NCBI GenBank assembly: GCA_965140415.1
Contig: OZ223209.1
Location: 4,704,001 to 4,768,000 of the forward strand
Direction: 5' to 3'
Origin: Myxococcota bacterium
Lineage (GTDB): Bacteria > Myxococcota_A > SURF-8
DNA: 64,000 nucleotides
Shown here in pieces: positions 30,193-39,442 of the stretch. The notes beneath the pieces were generated by a model, which saw only the letters and a list, made by a program, of their open reading frames with translations, made no database searches and had not been told where the DNA came from. Numbering within the stretch: position 1 is the first letter of the stretch; each line of letters begins with the position of its first letter. The translations under genes were made by a program, and so were the position numbers.

Positions 30193-30648
30193 TCAGCTTA
30201 CCGAATGGTCGCTCGAAAGCTTTTCGATCGTATCTTTGGCGCGATGAACCAGAACGCGGACAAGCAACTCTTTGACTTTGGGGTAACGATCCAGAATACC
30301 GGACACGCCGGGTTCTAAAAACACGACCAAGGTGCAAGGTTCTACGGTTTTTACCGTAGCCGTGCGCGGCTCGCCGGTCAATAGTGACACTTCACCCAGT
30401 ACGGCGCCACGCGATAGATTGGCAAGTACGACGTTGCGCTCCCCCTTTTTGGAAGAAACCTCAACCTGCCCATTGAGCAGAACGTAAAAGGCATCGCCTT
30501 CGCTGCCTTCCTCGATCAACACCTCGCCCGGCTGGGTGGTGATCAACTTGCCCATGGCCTGCAATTCCTCGCGGCCCGTGGCATCCAGCGATTTGAACAG
30601 ATGAGATCGCTCCAGAAGAGTCCGGATGACTTGCTTTTCGTCTACCAT
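30193..30648 (-). CDS. Stand-alone cyclic nucleotide-binding domain protein
   Basis: GEVLIEEG, FYVLLNG, GEVSLL..PRTATV phosphate-binding cassette; no HTH. Confidence 0.9.
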   Translation of the reverse strand: MVDEKQVIRTLLERSHLFKSLDATGREELQAMGKLITTQPGEVLIEEGSEGDAFYVLLNGQVEVSSKKGERNVVLANLSRGAVLGEVSLLTGEPRTATVKTVEPCTLVVFLEPGVSGILDRYPKVKELLVRVLVHRAKDTIEKLSSDHSVS

Positions 30649-30668
30649 TGAACGTCCTCCCGTTCGTG

Positions 30669-31862
30669 TTACCCCAGCCGAGACAGCGCCGTTTGCAGGC
30701 GCGCAATACCCTTCTCGATCACGTCGCTGCTGGTGGCGAAACTGAGCCGTAAAAAGCCTGGCGCACCAAACGCCGATCCCGGCACACAAGCCACCTGCAC
30801 GCTCTCTAGCAGGTAGTCGGCCAGTTCCATATCATCCTGGATGACACGACCGTCCGCCTGCTTCCCCAACACCCCGCGGAAATCCGCAAAGGCGTAAAAC
30901 GCACCTTGCGGCGTATCGCACTGAACGCCGTCCATCGCGTTCAATCCGGCCACCATAATATCGCGCCGCTTCTGATAGCGGGCAAGCCAGTCTTTCAGTT
31001 CAACGCCTTCACCCGCAATCGCCTCGACCGCCGCAAACTGCGCAATCGACGTCGGATGGCTGGTCATCTGACCCTGCAAGCGAGCCACCGCTTTTGCAAA
31101 CGCGGGCTCTGCCACCAGATAGCCGATGCGCCAGCCGGTCATCGCCGAGCATTTGGACACGCCGTTGATGACCACGGTACGAGCCCGGGCGTCATCGGAG
31201 ACCTGCGAAAAGGCCGCAAACGTTTGTCCATCATACAACAGTTTTTGGTAAATATCATCAGAAATCACGGTGATTCCGGTGTCGCGCAAGACTTCGGCCA
31301 GTGCCGCCAGTTCCTGCTTGGAATACACCTGCCCGGTCGGATTGCTGGGACTGTTCAGAATCAACACGCGGCTACGCGGAGTAATGGCCTGACGCAGTTC
31401 TTCAGGGGTCATGCGGAAGCCGTTTTCGGCCTTGGTTTCCACAATCACCGACACGCCACCATTCAACTCTACCTGCGGCGGGTAACTCACCCAGTAGGGC
31501 GCGGGAATCAGGACTTCATCGCCCGGATCGATCAACGCGGCCAGCGCCAAATAGATACTGTGCTTGGCACCACAGGAAACGATCACCATTTCCGGAGTGA
31601 TTTCATAACCATATTCCTTGTGGAACTTGTCCACAATGGCTTGCCGCAACGGCAGAATGCCGGGCGTGGGCGTATATTTGGTCTGCCCTTGCTGCATGGC
31701 CATGATGGCCGCATTCTGGATGCGTTCCGGGGTATTGAAATCCGGCTCTCCGGCAGAAAATGAAAGCACGTCGATTCCCTGGGCTTTCATCTGCTTCGCT
31801 TTGCCATCCACCGCCAAAGTCGCCGACGGCTTGACATTCGCCGCGCGTTGACTGATCTGCAT
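30669..31862 (-). CDS. aspC: Class I/II PLP-dependent (aspartate) aminotransferase
   Basis: GEPDF, NSPSNPTG, SDDIY, SKCSAMTGWRIG. Confidence 0.9.
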   Translation of the reverse strand: MQISQRAANVKPSATLAVDGKAKQMKAQGIDVLSFSAGEPDFNTPERIQNAAIMAMQQGQTKYTPTPGILPLRQAIVDKFHKEYGYEITPEMVIVSCGAKHSIYLALAALIDPGDEVLIPAPYWVSYPPQVELNGGVSVIVETKAENGFRMTPEELRQAITPRSRVLILNSPSNPTGQVYSKQELAALAEVLRDTGITVISDDIYQKLLYDGQTFAAFSQVSDDARARTVVINGVSKCSAMTGWRIGYLVAEPAFAKAVARLQGQMTSHPTSIAQFAAVEAIAGEGVELKDWLARYQKRRDIMVAGLNAMDGVQCDTPQGAFYAFADFRGVLGKQADGRVIQDDMELADYLLESVQVACVPGSAFGAPGFLRLSFATSSDVIEKGIARLQTALSRLG

Positions 31863-31932
31863 GATCCGATCCTTTTCTGTTAAGTTGCGGCCCGCCCTCT
31901 ACTGCTTGTATTTGTTAATCAGGCGAACCGGT

Positions 31933-32436
31933 TTAGCTGGTTTTGAATTTTTGAAAGAGTTCCTCGCGTACCAGCGGGGGAACCAATCCTTTAATGCAAC
32001 CTCCCAGCGCGGCGACTTCCTTGACCGTCTGAGAACTGATGTAGAAATTCTGCTCTTCGGTCATCATGAACATCATCTCGATGTCCGGGGCGAGTTTACG
32101 GTTCATACTCGCCATCTGGAATTCATATTCGAAATCGCTGACGGCACGCAGACCACGCACGATGACCGAGGCATTGTGTTTTTTGGCAAAATCGACGGTC
32201 AGACCTTCAAAGGAGGCAATCACCACGCGCTGGCTGTCCTCAGGAGGGAATTCCTGCTGAATCACCCGCGATATCATATCGGTACGCTCTTCCAGCGTAA
32301 ACAGCGGCGCTTTTTTGATATTGACAGCCACACCGATGACAACCTTGGGGAAAATACGCAACGAACGCCGGATAACGTTCAGATGCCCATTGGTAATGGG
32401 GTCGAAACTACCTGGATACATACAGCTTTCACTCAT
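31933..32436 (-). CDS. coaD: Pantetheine-phosphate adenylyltransferase
   Basis: YPGSFDPITNGH, RGLRAVSDFEYE, ISS. Confidence 0.97.
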   Translation of the reverse strand: MSESCMYPGSFDPITNGHLNVIRRSLRIFPKVVIGVAVNIKKAPLFTLEERTDMISRVIQQEFPPEDSQRVVIASFEGLTVDFAKKHNASVIVRGLRAVSDFEYEFQMASMNRKLAPDIEMMFMMTEEQNFYISSQTVKEVAALGGCIKGLVPPLVREELFQKFKTS

Positions 32437-33004
32437 GTCCACTCTTCTCTTTCATACCATTCGCATTCAGAATCACCAGCTCGGTTTCGCCATAACTGCG
32501 ACGGTCGCCAATATCCCAGCCTGTGGGAGAAAAGTCAAGCCGTCGTCGGGTAGATGTTTCCAATATCGCACAACTGGTCGGCAAAATCAGGGGTTTCCAC
32601 AGGCGTTCGTCGAACAAACGTTCGAAATCGACTTCCTGATAGGGCGGATCCAGCAGGATCAGGTCGAAACGTCGGTTTTGATTTCCCAGTTGCTTCAAGG
32701 CCCGAAACGCGTCCATCATCCAAACATCCGCCTGCGTTTCCAGTTTCGTGTGCGCCAGATTGCGCCGCACGAGATCGATAGCCGCCCGGTTTTTATCCAC
32801 AAAAAGCACGTGCTTGGCCCCCCGACTGAGAGCTTCCAAACCCAAAGCACCGGTACCGGCAAACAGATCCAACCCGACCAGATCCTGTACCGATCCCAAC
32901 AGGTTGAACAGCGCCCCGCGCACACGGTCGGAAGTTGGACGAATATCACGCCCTTTGGGAGTGAAAAGCCCATGACCGCGGGCACTGCCGGCTACGATTC
33001 GCAA
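32429..33004 (-). CDS. rsmD: 16S rRNA (guanine966-N2)-methyltransferase
   Basis: TTG start after GAGGAGG; RIVAG, RPTSDRVR, LDLFAGTG, DPPY; overlaps coaD. Confidence 0.95.
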   Translation of the reverse strand: MRIVAGSARGHGLFTPKGRDIRPTSDRVRGALFNLLGSVQDLVGLDLFAGTGALGLEALSRGAKHVLFVDKNRAAIDLVRRNLAHTKLETQADVWMMDAFRALKQLGNQNRRFDLILLDPPYQEVDFERLFDERLWKPLILPTSCAILETSTRRRLDFSPTGWDIGDRRSYGETELVILNANGMKEKSGHE

Positions 33005-33295
33005 CGCGCTTTCCTCCTCGCCTGTCGCATCAACCTGAAAAGGCACGCAACAGGGTGAATTCATGGAGTAATCTCCGGCTCTTCTAACATAGCAACCAAA
33101 CTCTGTCAATGGCCCTTACATCCTGTTTGTAACCTGTGCGTTCAACGGTTAGGCAGCAGTCGTCTTTGTCGTCTAGTCTTTTTCGATATTGTGATATACT
33201 TCGCGGGATTGATGACCAGAAACTTTCGAGATATTCAAGGACGTATTTTTCAAACCTCCCACATGGCGCGGAAGCGAATAGAGGAAAGAACATCC

Positions 33296-34552
33296 ATGCA
33301 ACAAACCACCCCACACCTCATAATTGCTTTATTTTTATTGATAATTTCCTTTCTCACCTCCTGTGGAGACGATGCGACTCCGGCAAGTGACGGCGACTGG
33401 GATAGCCTGGAAGCGGAAGGGGAAGATCTATTGAGTTGCGACTTTGCGGATTCCGTCTGCGACGACGGCCAAGTGCTCAGTTGCGTGGACGGTCAAAAAC
33501 AGTGGCGCGACTGCGAAACGAATCGATACTGCAACTATGGAGAATGCATCGAAACCTCTGTGTCATTCCCGGATGATGCAAGCTATCACGCTGAACGTTC
33601 CGAATGGTGGTATTACACCGGTCATCTGAAAAACGAGGATCGCCGCTGGGGATTTGAAGTTACGATTTTTCAGTATGACATGAGCGCCATTTACGACATT
33701 TCCGGCTATGGCTATATGTGCCACGTGGCCGTAACGGATTCGGTAGCAGGCGAGCATTATCACATCGACAGCATCTCCCTATCACCCGAAACCTGGAAGC
33801 AGAACCCCACCGTGCTGGAAGTCGATCAGTGTCGCTTCGAGTTGGACGGAGAAGGCAAAGACCACATCGTCGCCACAATTCCGCAAGACATGGAAAAAGA
33901 CGGCAAAGCCTCGCCCTGGGAAATCGATCTTTCCTTCGTTCCACAGAAACGGGCGGCGCTGCATGGCGGTGACGGTATCATCCCGATGAGCGACTCCGGC
34001 GGTACAAGCTGGTATTACTCTTTTACCGATTTGCAGGCAGACGGCCAGCTAAGCACGCCGGATGGCAAATTCGCCGTTTCAGGACAGGCATGGATGGATC
34101 ATCAGTGGGGTCAGTTCGACATCGTAGATTTCAAAGGCTGGGACTGGTGGAGTATGCAGTTCGACGACGGCTGGCAGATCATGCTTTTCCAGTTCACCGA
34201 CTGGGACGGTCAACTGGCGGTGCAGGCGGGTTCGCTGATCGATCCGGATGGCAACACAACGGAGTTGGAAGGCTTGGACGATTTCAGCATCACTTCAATA
34301 CGAACATGGGAAAGCCCGCATACCGATGGCGTCTATCCGCTGGACTGGAACATCTCCATTCCGGAAATGGACTGGCAGTTGCAGGTCCGGGTGGCCATCG
34401 ACGATCAGGAAATGTACAACCCCGCTCAGAATTACTGGGAAGGCGAAACGAGCATCACGGGAACGCGCTCGGGAGAGGCCGTCTTGGGTGTCGGCTATAC
34501 GGAACTCACCGGCTACGCCACGGATATTCTGGATCCGAAGGTGAAGCGGTAA
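33296..34552 (+). CDS. CrtC/AttH-like (lipocalin-like) lipoprotein
   Basis: Lipobox LTSC; EWWYYTG, WYYS, WMDHQWG, GWDW, YWEG, GYTELTGY. Confidence 0.85.
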   Translation: MQQTTPHLIIALFLLIISFLTSCGDDATPASDGDWDSLEAEGEDLLSCDFADSVCDDGQVLSCVDGQKQWRDCETNRYCNYGECIETSVSFPDDASYHAERSEWWYYTGHLKNEDRRWGFEVTIFQYDMSAIYDISGYGYMCHVAVTDSVAGEHYHIDSISLSPETWKQNPTVLEVDQCRFELDGEGKDHIVATIPQDMEKDGKASPWEIDLSFVPQKRAALHGGDGIIPMSDSGGTSWYYSFTDLQADGQLSTPDGKFAVSGQAWMDHQWGQFDIVDFKGWDWWSMQFDDGWQIMLFQFTDWDGQLAVQAGSLIDPDGNTTELEGLDDFSITSIRTWESPHTDGVYPLDWNISIPEMDWQLQVRVAIDDQEMYNPAQNYWEGETSITGTRSGEAVLGVGYTELTGYATDILDPKVKR

Positions 34553-34598
34553 AAGGCCAACACAAAAGCAAGGAATTACAACTAGATACGGAAACAAC

Positions 34599-35594
34599 AT
34601 GACCGACGATGAATACAGGGACATTCCGCCGAATAGGAAGCTCGAAAAAGCTCCAACCACATTTACGGAAATGTCAAATCGATATAATAATTCTTTTCCT
34701 CTCAGAGCAGCGATTCAGGCGATTCCGGGAGTGGGGAGCACAATCGATACGCTTCTTGGAGGGCTGGGAGCTAAATACCAGTATGAGCGGTTTGAGGATT
34801 TCCTTAAACAGCTTGACGATCGGACGCGAAATCTCCAATTGAAAGGCATCCCATTCAAGCTGGAAGAAACGGAGCAAGCCTACGATTTCATTATTTCAGT
34901 TTTCGATCATGTTCGCAGGACACGATCCCGAAACAAACGACGTTACTTCGCCAACCTTCTCACGCGCCAATTTGTGGAACATCTGGAATGGGATGAAGCG
35001 GAAAGTGCTATGCGATTGCTGGAAGGGTTAACAGATGTCCATATTCATGTCTTGCAGGCGGCAGTCATGATTGATCCTATAGAAGAAGGACCTTTTAAAG
35101 GACATCAAATAATTTCCTTACCTGAAAAATTAACGAGTGCAAGCTTTACTCCCCAAAACGAGCTTATTGATTTATTTCCTCGACTTGGTCAAGCTTATCT
35201 CAGGATGATATGCTCTGAATTGATTGCAAAGGGACTCCTACACGACAAAGGAATTGAAGGAACCAACATTGGTGCGATGGAGTATTTAATACCCACCTCC
35301 TCTGCCAACTGGTTAATAAACTGGCTCTCCGAATATACAATTGACCAATGCACCACAGAAACCCATCCTCCCGTCATTTGCGATTTCAATACGCCGCCGG
35401 AGTCAGCAAAGCCGGGCGAGCGTTTCGGCATCCTTGACAACCCGACCGGAGACTGGGTTGCGCATCCTAACGGCATCGCGGAATGGGATGGAAAACGGTG
35501 GCTGTTCACGGACCCGGAAGAAGGAATGATCGTTTATAACGAAGAGGAAGGCAAAGCCTTTCGATTCAAAGCGGGAGAATGGATCGATCTTTAG
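34599..35594 (+). CDS. Hypothetical fusion: Abi-alpha/DUF4393-like N-terminal domain plus DUF2793-like C-terminal domain
   Basis: N-terminal AIQAIPGVG...KRRYFANLL...LLEGLT and a winged-helix-like segment; C-terminal PP...GER...TGDW...IAEWDG..W.F..P.EG...F..GEW. Confidence 0.6.
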   Translation: MTDDEYRDIPPNRKLEKAPTTFTEMSNRYNNSFPLRAAIQAIPGVGSTIDTLLGGLGAKYQYERFEDFLKQLDDRTRNLQLKGIPFKLEETEQAYDFIISVFDHVRRTRSRNKRRYFANLLTRQFVEHLEWDEAESAMRLLEGLTDVHIHVLQAAVMIDPIEEGPFKGHQIISLPEKLTSASFTPQNELIDLFPRLGQAYLRMICSELIAKGLLHDKGIEGTNIGAMEYLIPTSSANWLINWLSEYTIDQCTTETHPPVICDFNTPPESAKPGERFGILDNPTGDWVAHPNGIAEWDGKRWLFTDPEEGMIVYNEEEGKAFRFKAGEWIDL

Positions 35595-35757
35595 CGCCCT
35601 GCCACACTTCCAATCCCGTTTCGATTCCCACCAATCCTCCCAATCACGACGCCTTGGGCAGCGGGGGCCACGTCGGTTTCTGCGGGTCAGGCGAATGCGG
35701 CCAGCTTTCCGACGTCAACGAGATTCGCAGTGACCGGATCACTTTTACATAAAACAG

Positions 35758-35779
35758 AAAAAGGGCGATTTCTCGCCCT
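35758..35779 (-). terminator. Intrinsic terminator of the TPR lipoprotein gene
   Basis: Stem agggcga/tcgccct, 4-nt loop, followed by a U-tract on the minus strand. Confidence 0.65.
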
Positions 35780-35819
35780 CTAAAAAACGGTATCTGTTGC
35801 TGCTAAATGCTTCTTTTGC

Positions 35820-37049
35820 TTACTCTTTTTCAGGCAACTGAGCTTTACGGATCGACAAGGTATTGTACCCTTCTCCCTTTTTTTCCATCAGTTTGATCAG
35901 GATATCCAGCTTTCCCTGCGGCACCTGTGAAAGGTCGAAGAAATGCGATTCGCTGGTAAAGCTGTTGGCTTTGAGTTTGAATTCACGCGGCGCACTGGCC
36001 AAAACCTGTTCGCCATCCAGAACCAGACTGACGATCACCTTGACTTCGGCATCGCTATGGCGCGGAGCGGCAAGTCGATACGTTAATTTGGGCTTGCCAG
36101 ATACCCACTCTCCGACCCAATAAAGCAAGCTGGGAATCTCCGGATCGTCCACTTCTTCGCTCATGGCGAATTTCAAGCGATCACGGGCCTCGGAAGCCAG
36201 TAGTTTCAAATAGTTATCCGCTTCCAAATACGCGCGCGCGCCGGGGTGTCCGGGCGACAGTTCCAGCACTTTCTTCATCAATTCAGCGGCTTTGACCGTG
36301 CTTCCCATGCGATCGAAGGCCAAGCCCTTGAAATACAACGCTTTTACGAACAGCGGATCGCGCCCCAGGGCTTTGTCGAACAAGCGGATTGCACCAATGG
36401 AGTCACCCTCGAACTCCATTTTAGCCGCCCCTTGAGTAAACAACAATCCGACGCTGTCAGGATTGAGTTCCTTCAAGACAAGTAACTGATTTTCCATGTT
36501 TTCGCGGTCGCCCATAATGCGGAAATAATCGGCCATCACGCGGTGACTGATGTACTCGGTTGGATAGTAGGTGCGCAGCGAATTGCAAAGCATCCTGGCG
36601 CTCTCTTCAACTTCATTGAGCATAGCCAACCGATAGTCGATCAGCGCCAACAGTGCGGCAATCTGTTCGTCGTTGCTGGCGCTGTGCTGCGCCGCAATAC
36701 GAATGCGCATGAAATCCACTTCGTTTTTCAGTTGTTCCGCCCAGGCGACGTAAAGCTGGGCCAGCCAACCGGCAAGCTGCACATCTTCCGTCTTCCAGAA
36801 GCGCAACGCCAAAAAGCGAAATTCCGCTTTCTCAAATTCGCGGTAATCATCCAATCTCAAGGTACGCTGGGCGGTTTGCATGATCTCCTCGGCGTTGATC
36901 AGCAATCCGCTTTTGGCGGCTTCATCCGGCTTTTTCTGCTGCTTCGTTGCACAACCACTGAAAAACACTTGCAACGAAACAAACAGGCATATCGCTACGA
37001 TCATCGTTCGTGACACGGAACCACCTCCCAGAAAACTTGTATCCAACAT
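35820..37049 (-). CDS. TPR-containing lipoprotein (true start may be 37016 or 37004)
   Basis: Lipobox FSGC; TPRs (ALYFKGLAF...VLELSPGH). Confidence 0.75.
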   Translation of the reverse strand: MLDTSFLGGGSVSRTMIVAICLFVSLQVFFSGCATKQQKKPDEAAKSGLLINAEEIMQTAQRTLRLDDYREFEKAEFRFLALRFWKTEDVQLAGWLAQLYVAWAEQLKNEVDFMRIRIAAQHSASNDEQIAALLALIDYRLAMLNEVEESARMLCNSLRTYYPTEYISHRVMADYFRIMGDRENMENQLLVLKELNPDSVGLLFTQGAAKMEFEGDSIGAIRLFDKALGRDPLFVKALYFKGLAFDRMGSTVKAAELMKKVLELSPGHPGARAYLEADNYLKLLASEARDRLKFAMSEEVDDPEIPSLLYWVGEWVSGKPKLTYRLAAPRHSDAEVKVIVSLVLDGEQVLASAPREFKLKANSFTSESHFFDLSQVPQGKLDILIKLMEKKGEGYNTLSIRKAQLPEKE

Positions 37050-37159
37050 CCCTCACCCCATGGCAGTGTATCATTCCACCCCACCAAGCGGCTACTCTTT
37101 TTTTTCAACTCCTACGTCCGGGGAACCAGCTTGAATTGAAAATACAGAGCAGGTAGTTC

Positions 37160-37184
37160 CCTTTTCCCTTCCTTGATGGTGGGC
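37160..37184 (-). repeat. Collapsed copy of the ~195-bp repeat (two ends joined)
   Basis: ccttttcccttcc-ttgatggtgggc equals the left and right ends of copy B joined at the shared ccttcc. Confidence 0.6.
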
Positions 37185-37409
37185 CTTGTGGATGTCTGTC
37201 TGTCCGTTACGATTGGTATGGTTTGAAATGCGCTATGGAAATTCAGGGGGCCGTGTCTAACCTGTTGAAGACACACAGCCTTCCACGATCTTCGATCGCG
37301 TAGGACGATGGCACAAAATCACAGGATCTGTAGCTGAAAAAGACTAATACCTAGGCTATCTGTAACCTGATAGATTTAGGAGAGATTTTTGTTAGAACGA
37401 AAGATTGCT

Positions 37410-38585
37410 TCACTCTTCCAGCAGCACCGCCGGACCTTTGCGGTCCATGCCAACGCGCAGCGCGGCCTTGCCGCGTGCAAACTTCCAGAGTTTGCGACCT
37501 ACCAGGCGACCTCGCCAGCCGGTCATCGACGGCAACTCGGGTGGCTCCGCCTGAATAGCGGCGTGGCGGCAGATCTCTTCGATTTCCCCAACACGCGCAA
37601 TCAGACCGGGGGCGATTCCGGCTTGCGTCGCCAACACTTCCAGCGCCATTTTAATGACCGGCACCTGCGATGACGTTCTTTTCCCGTTGGATCGTGTGGG
37701 CACCGATCCCTTACTCACGGCATCACGTGGAAGCGAACTGAGTTGCCGACAAATACTCATGATATTCTCGCCATAACGGCTGCGAGCTTTGTCGGAAACA
37801 AGGCGCAGAGTTTTCAATTCGCTGTTTGTTTGCGGAAGCTGCTGCGCCAGCGCCATAATCGCTTCATCGGAAAGCACGTGCCGCCTTGGCACATCACGCT
37901 CCATGGCAGTATGTTCCCGCCAGGTTAAAAGCTGTTTCAGCCCGGCTTGCCGTTGCACGGTCATGCGCGAAGTCGGAAACATCTTCTTGAACCGCTGGGT
38001 TACATCGATCGGCGCCATCCACTTGGCCATATGCGTAGCCTGCTCCTCCAAAAAGAAATCCCCACGCTTGGTACGCGTCAATCGTTCGGATAGGATATGG
38101 TAAATCCGGTCGAGGTAGAGCACATCCTGGGCGGCGTACTCCAATTGCTTATTCGACAAAGGCCGCTTGAGCCAGTTAGTGACCTGCTGCCCCTTGCTGA
38201 CGCGCTTGTTGATCAGGCGTCGAATCAAGGTCGCCAAACCGGTTTTCTCAGGCAAACCCACAAACGCCGCCGCCAGTTGGGTGTCGAACAAGCGACCGAT
38301 GTTGCAGTTTAGCGCACGATGCAGAATCTGGGCGTCACATTCGGCATCGTGCATAATAACGGTTGTGGCAGGATCGGCAATGACCTCGGCCAAAGGTGAA
38401 AGATCTTCGATGACAACAGGGTCCACAAGCCAGACCTGCTCTTTTACCGCCAATTGAATCAGAGCCAATTTCGGAAAATAACTGTGTTCACCGATAAATT
38501 CGGTATCGACCCCCAATGCCGGTGTCCCCTTCAGGCTTTTGCAAAGTTTCTTTAATTCAGCAACGTCGTCGATATACTCTGCCAT
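37410..38585 (-). CDS. rnd: Ribonuclease D
   Basis: VDTEF, LIQL, FDTQLAA, W..RPL, YAAQDV, HRDC domain, GWR. Confidence 0.93.
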   Translation of the reverse strand: MAEYIDDVAELKKLCKSLKGTPALGVDTEFIGEHSYFPKLALIQLAVKEQVWLVDPVVIEDLSPLAEVIADPATTVIMHDAECDAQILHRALNCNIGRLFDTQLAAAFVGLPEKTGLATLIRRLINKRVSKGQQVTNWLKRPLSNKQLEYAAQDVLYLDRIYHILSERLTRTKRGDFFLEEQATHMAKWMAPIDVTQRFKKMFPTSRMTVQRQAGLKQLLTWREHTAMERDVPRRHVLSDEAIMALAQQLPQTNSELKTLRLVSDKARSRYGENIMSICRQLSSLPRDAVSKGSVPTRSNGKRTSSQVPVIKMALEVLATQAGIAPGLIARVGEIEEICRHAAIQAEPPELPSMTGWRGRLVGRKLWKFARGKAALRVGMDRKGPAVLLEE

Positions 38586-38762
38586 ATTCTGTCACTCTTC
38601 TGCTAAGCGCGATAGTCGCTTGGTTTAGACAACACGTCCATAACTCCAATAAAGGCACGGAAGTGTAATGATCTCAAACACCTCGACCCAACCTTCTCCG
38701 AAGTTGCGAACCTTGAACGGTTGCTTTCTGGCTTTCAATGATTTTCTCGATACCAGTGAAGA

Positions 38763-38836
38763 TGTCATCCTGAGGCGGCACTGAAGGATCTCTCGAACAG
38801 TACAGAGAGATTCTTCAATTGCGGCTCAGAACGACA
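38763..38836. repeat. REP-like palindromic element (TGTCATCCTGAG...CTCAGAACGACA)
   Basis: Nested imperfect inverted repeats tgtcatcctgag/ctcagaacgaca and gaaggatctctc/gagagattcttc. Confidence 0.65.
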
Positions 38837-39116
38837 AGGCCTGCATACCTTGAAATCAATTCGTACATTTTGCAACCGCTATGCAGGATGAAAATCGGCC
38901 TGCCACCCGCCTCAATCATAGCACGATGACACCGGATGTCAATTTCCATAAAATGGAAAGCGACGACAGGTCATCCAACGTGGCATTCACCCATCATCTC
39001 CCCCGGTCAGTGCATTAAGTATATATAGTCGCGAAAAAGAACCACCACCCAATGAACGGAAGTCAGGATTCCGGTCCCTTTTGCTCCTGGCGTGCGAATA
39101 GAAGTGCGGAAAAGCT

Positions 39117-39308
39117 CTAGTCGTCGAAGACCTTATCCTTATCCTTGACCGACAACCCCAGCGCTTCGAGAATGCGGCGCTTGGTCGCAACTCGACAACT
39201 GTAACCGCGCTCGATACGGTCAATGGTGACAGTCGAAACACCGGCTTTGCGGGCCAGTTCCGACTTGGATATGAGCCTTTCTTCTCTGATTGTCTTTAGC
39301 TTGCTCAC
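39117..39308 (-). CDS. Small XRE-family HTH regulator
   Basis: LKTIREERLISKSELARKAGVSTVTIDRIERG. Confidence 0.9.
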   Translation of the reverse strand: MSKLKTIREERLISKSELARKAGVSTVTIDRIERGYSCRVATKRRILEALGLSVKDKDKVFDD

Positions 39309-39352
39309 GATTCAACGTCCCTTATTAGAGAAAACCTCACATAATTTATTAA

Positions 39353-39381
39353 AACTTAGCCTTCTTTTGGGGTCATGTCAA
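39353..39381 (-). promoter_or_regulatory. sigma70-type promoter of the HTH gene
   Basis: TTGACA-N17-TAAGTT on the minus strand. Confidence 0.5.
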
Positions 39382-39442
39382 GAAGAAAGACCAACATCTT
39401 TGACTAATTTTCGTGAAGCAAGCAACCGAAAACGCTGCCAGT

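Noticed and set aside
34599-35594. Prophage remnant
   Set aside because: Only one phage-like domain; no integrase, att sites or structural genes nearby
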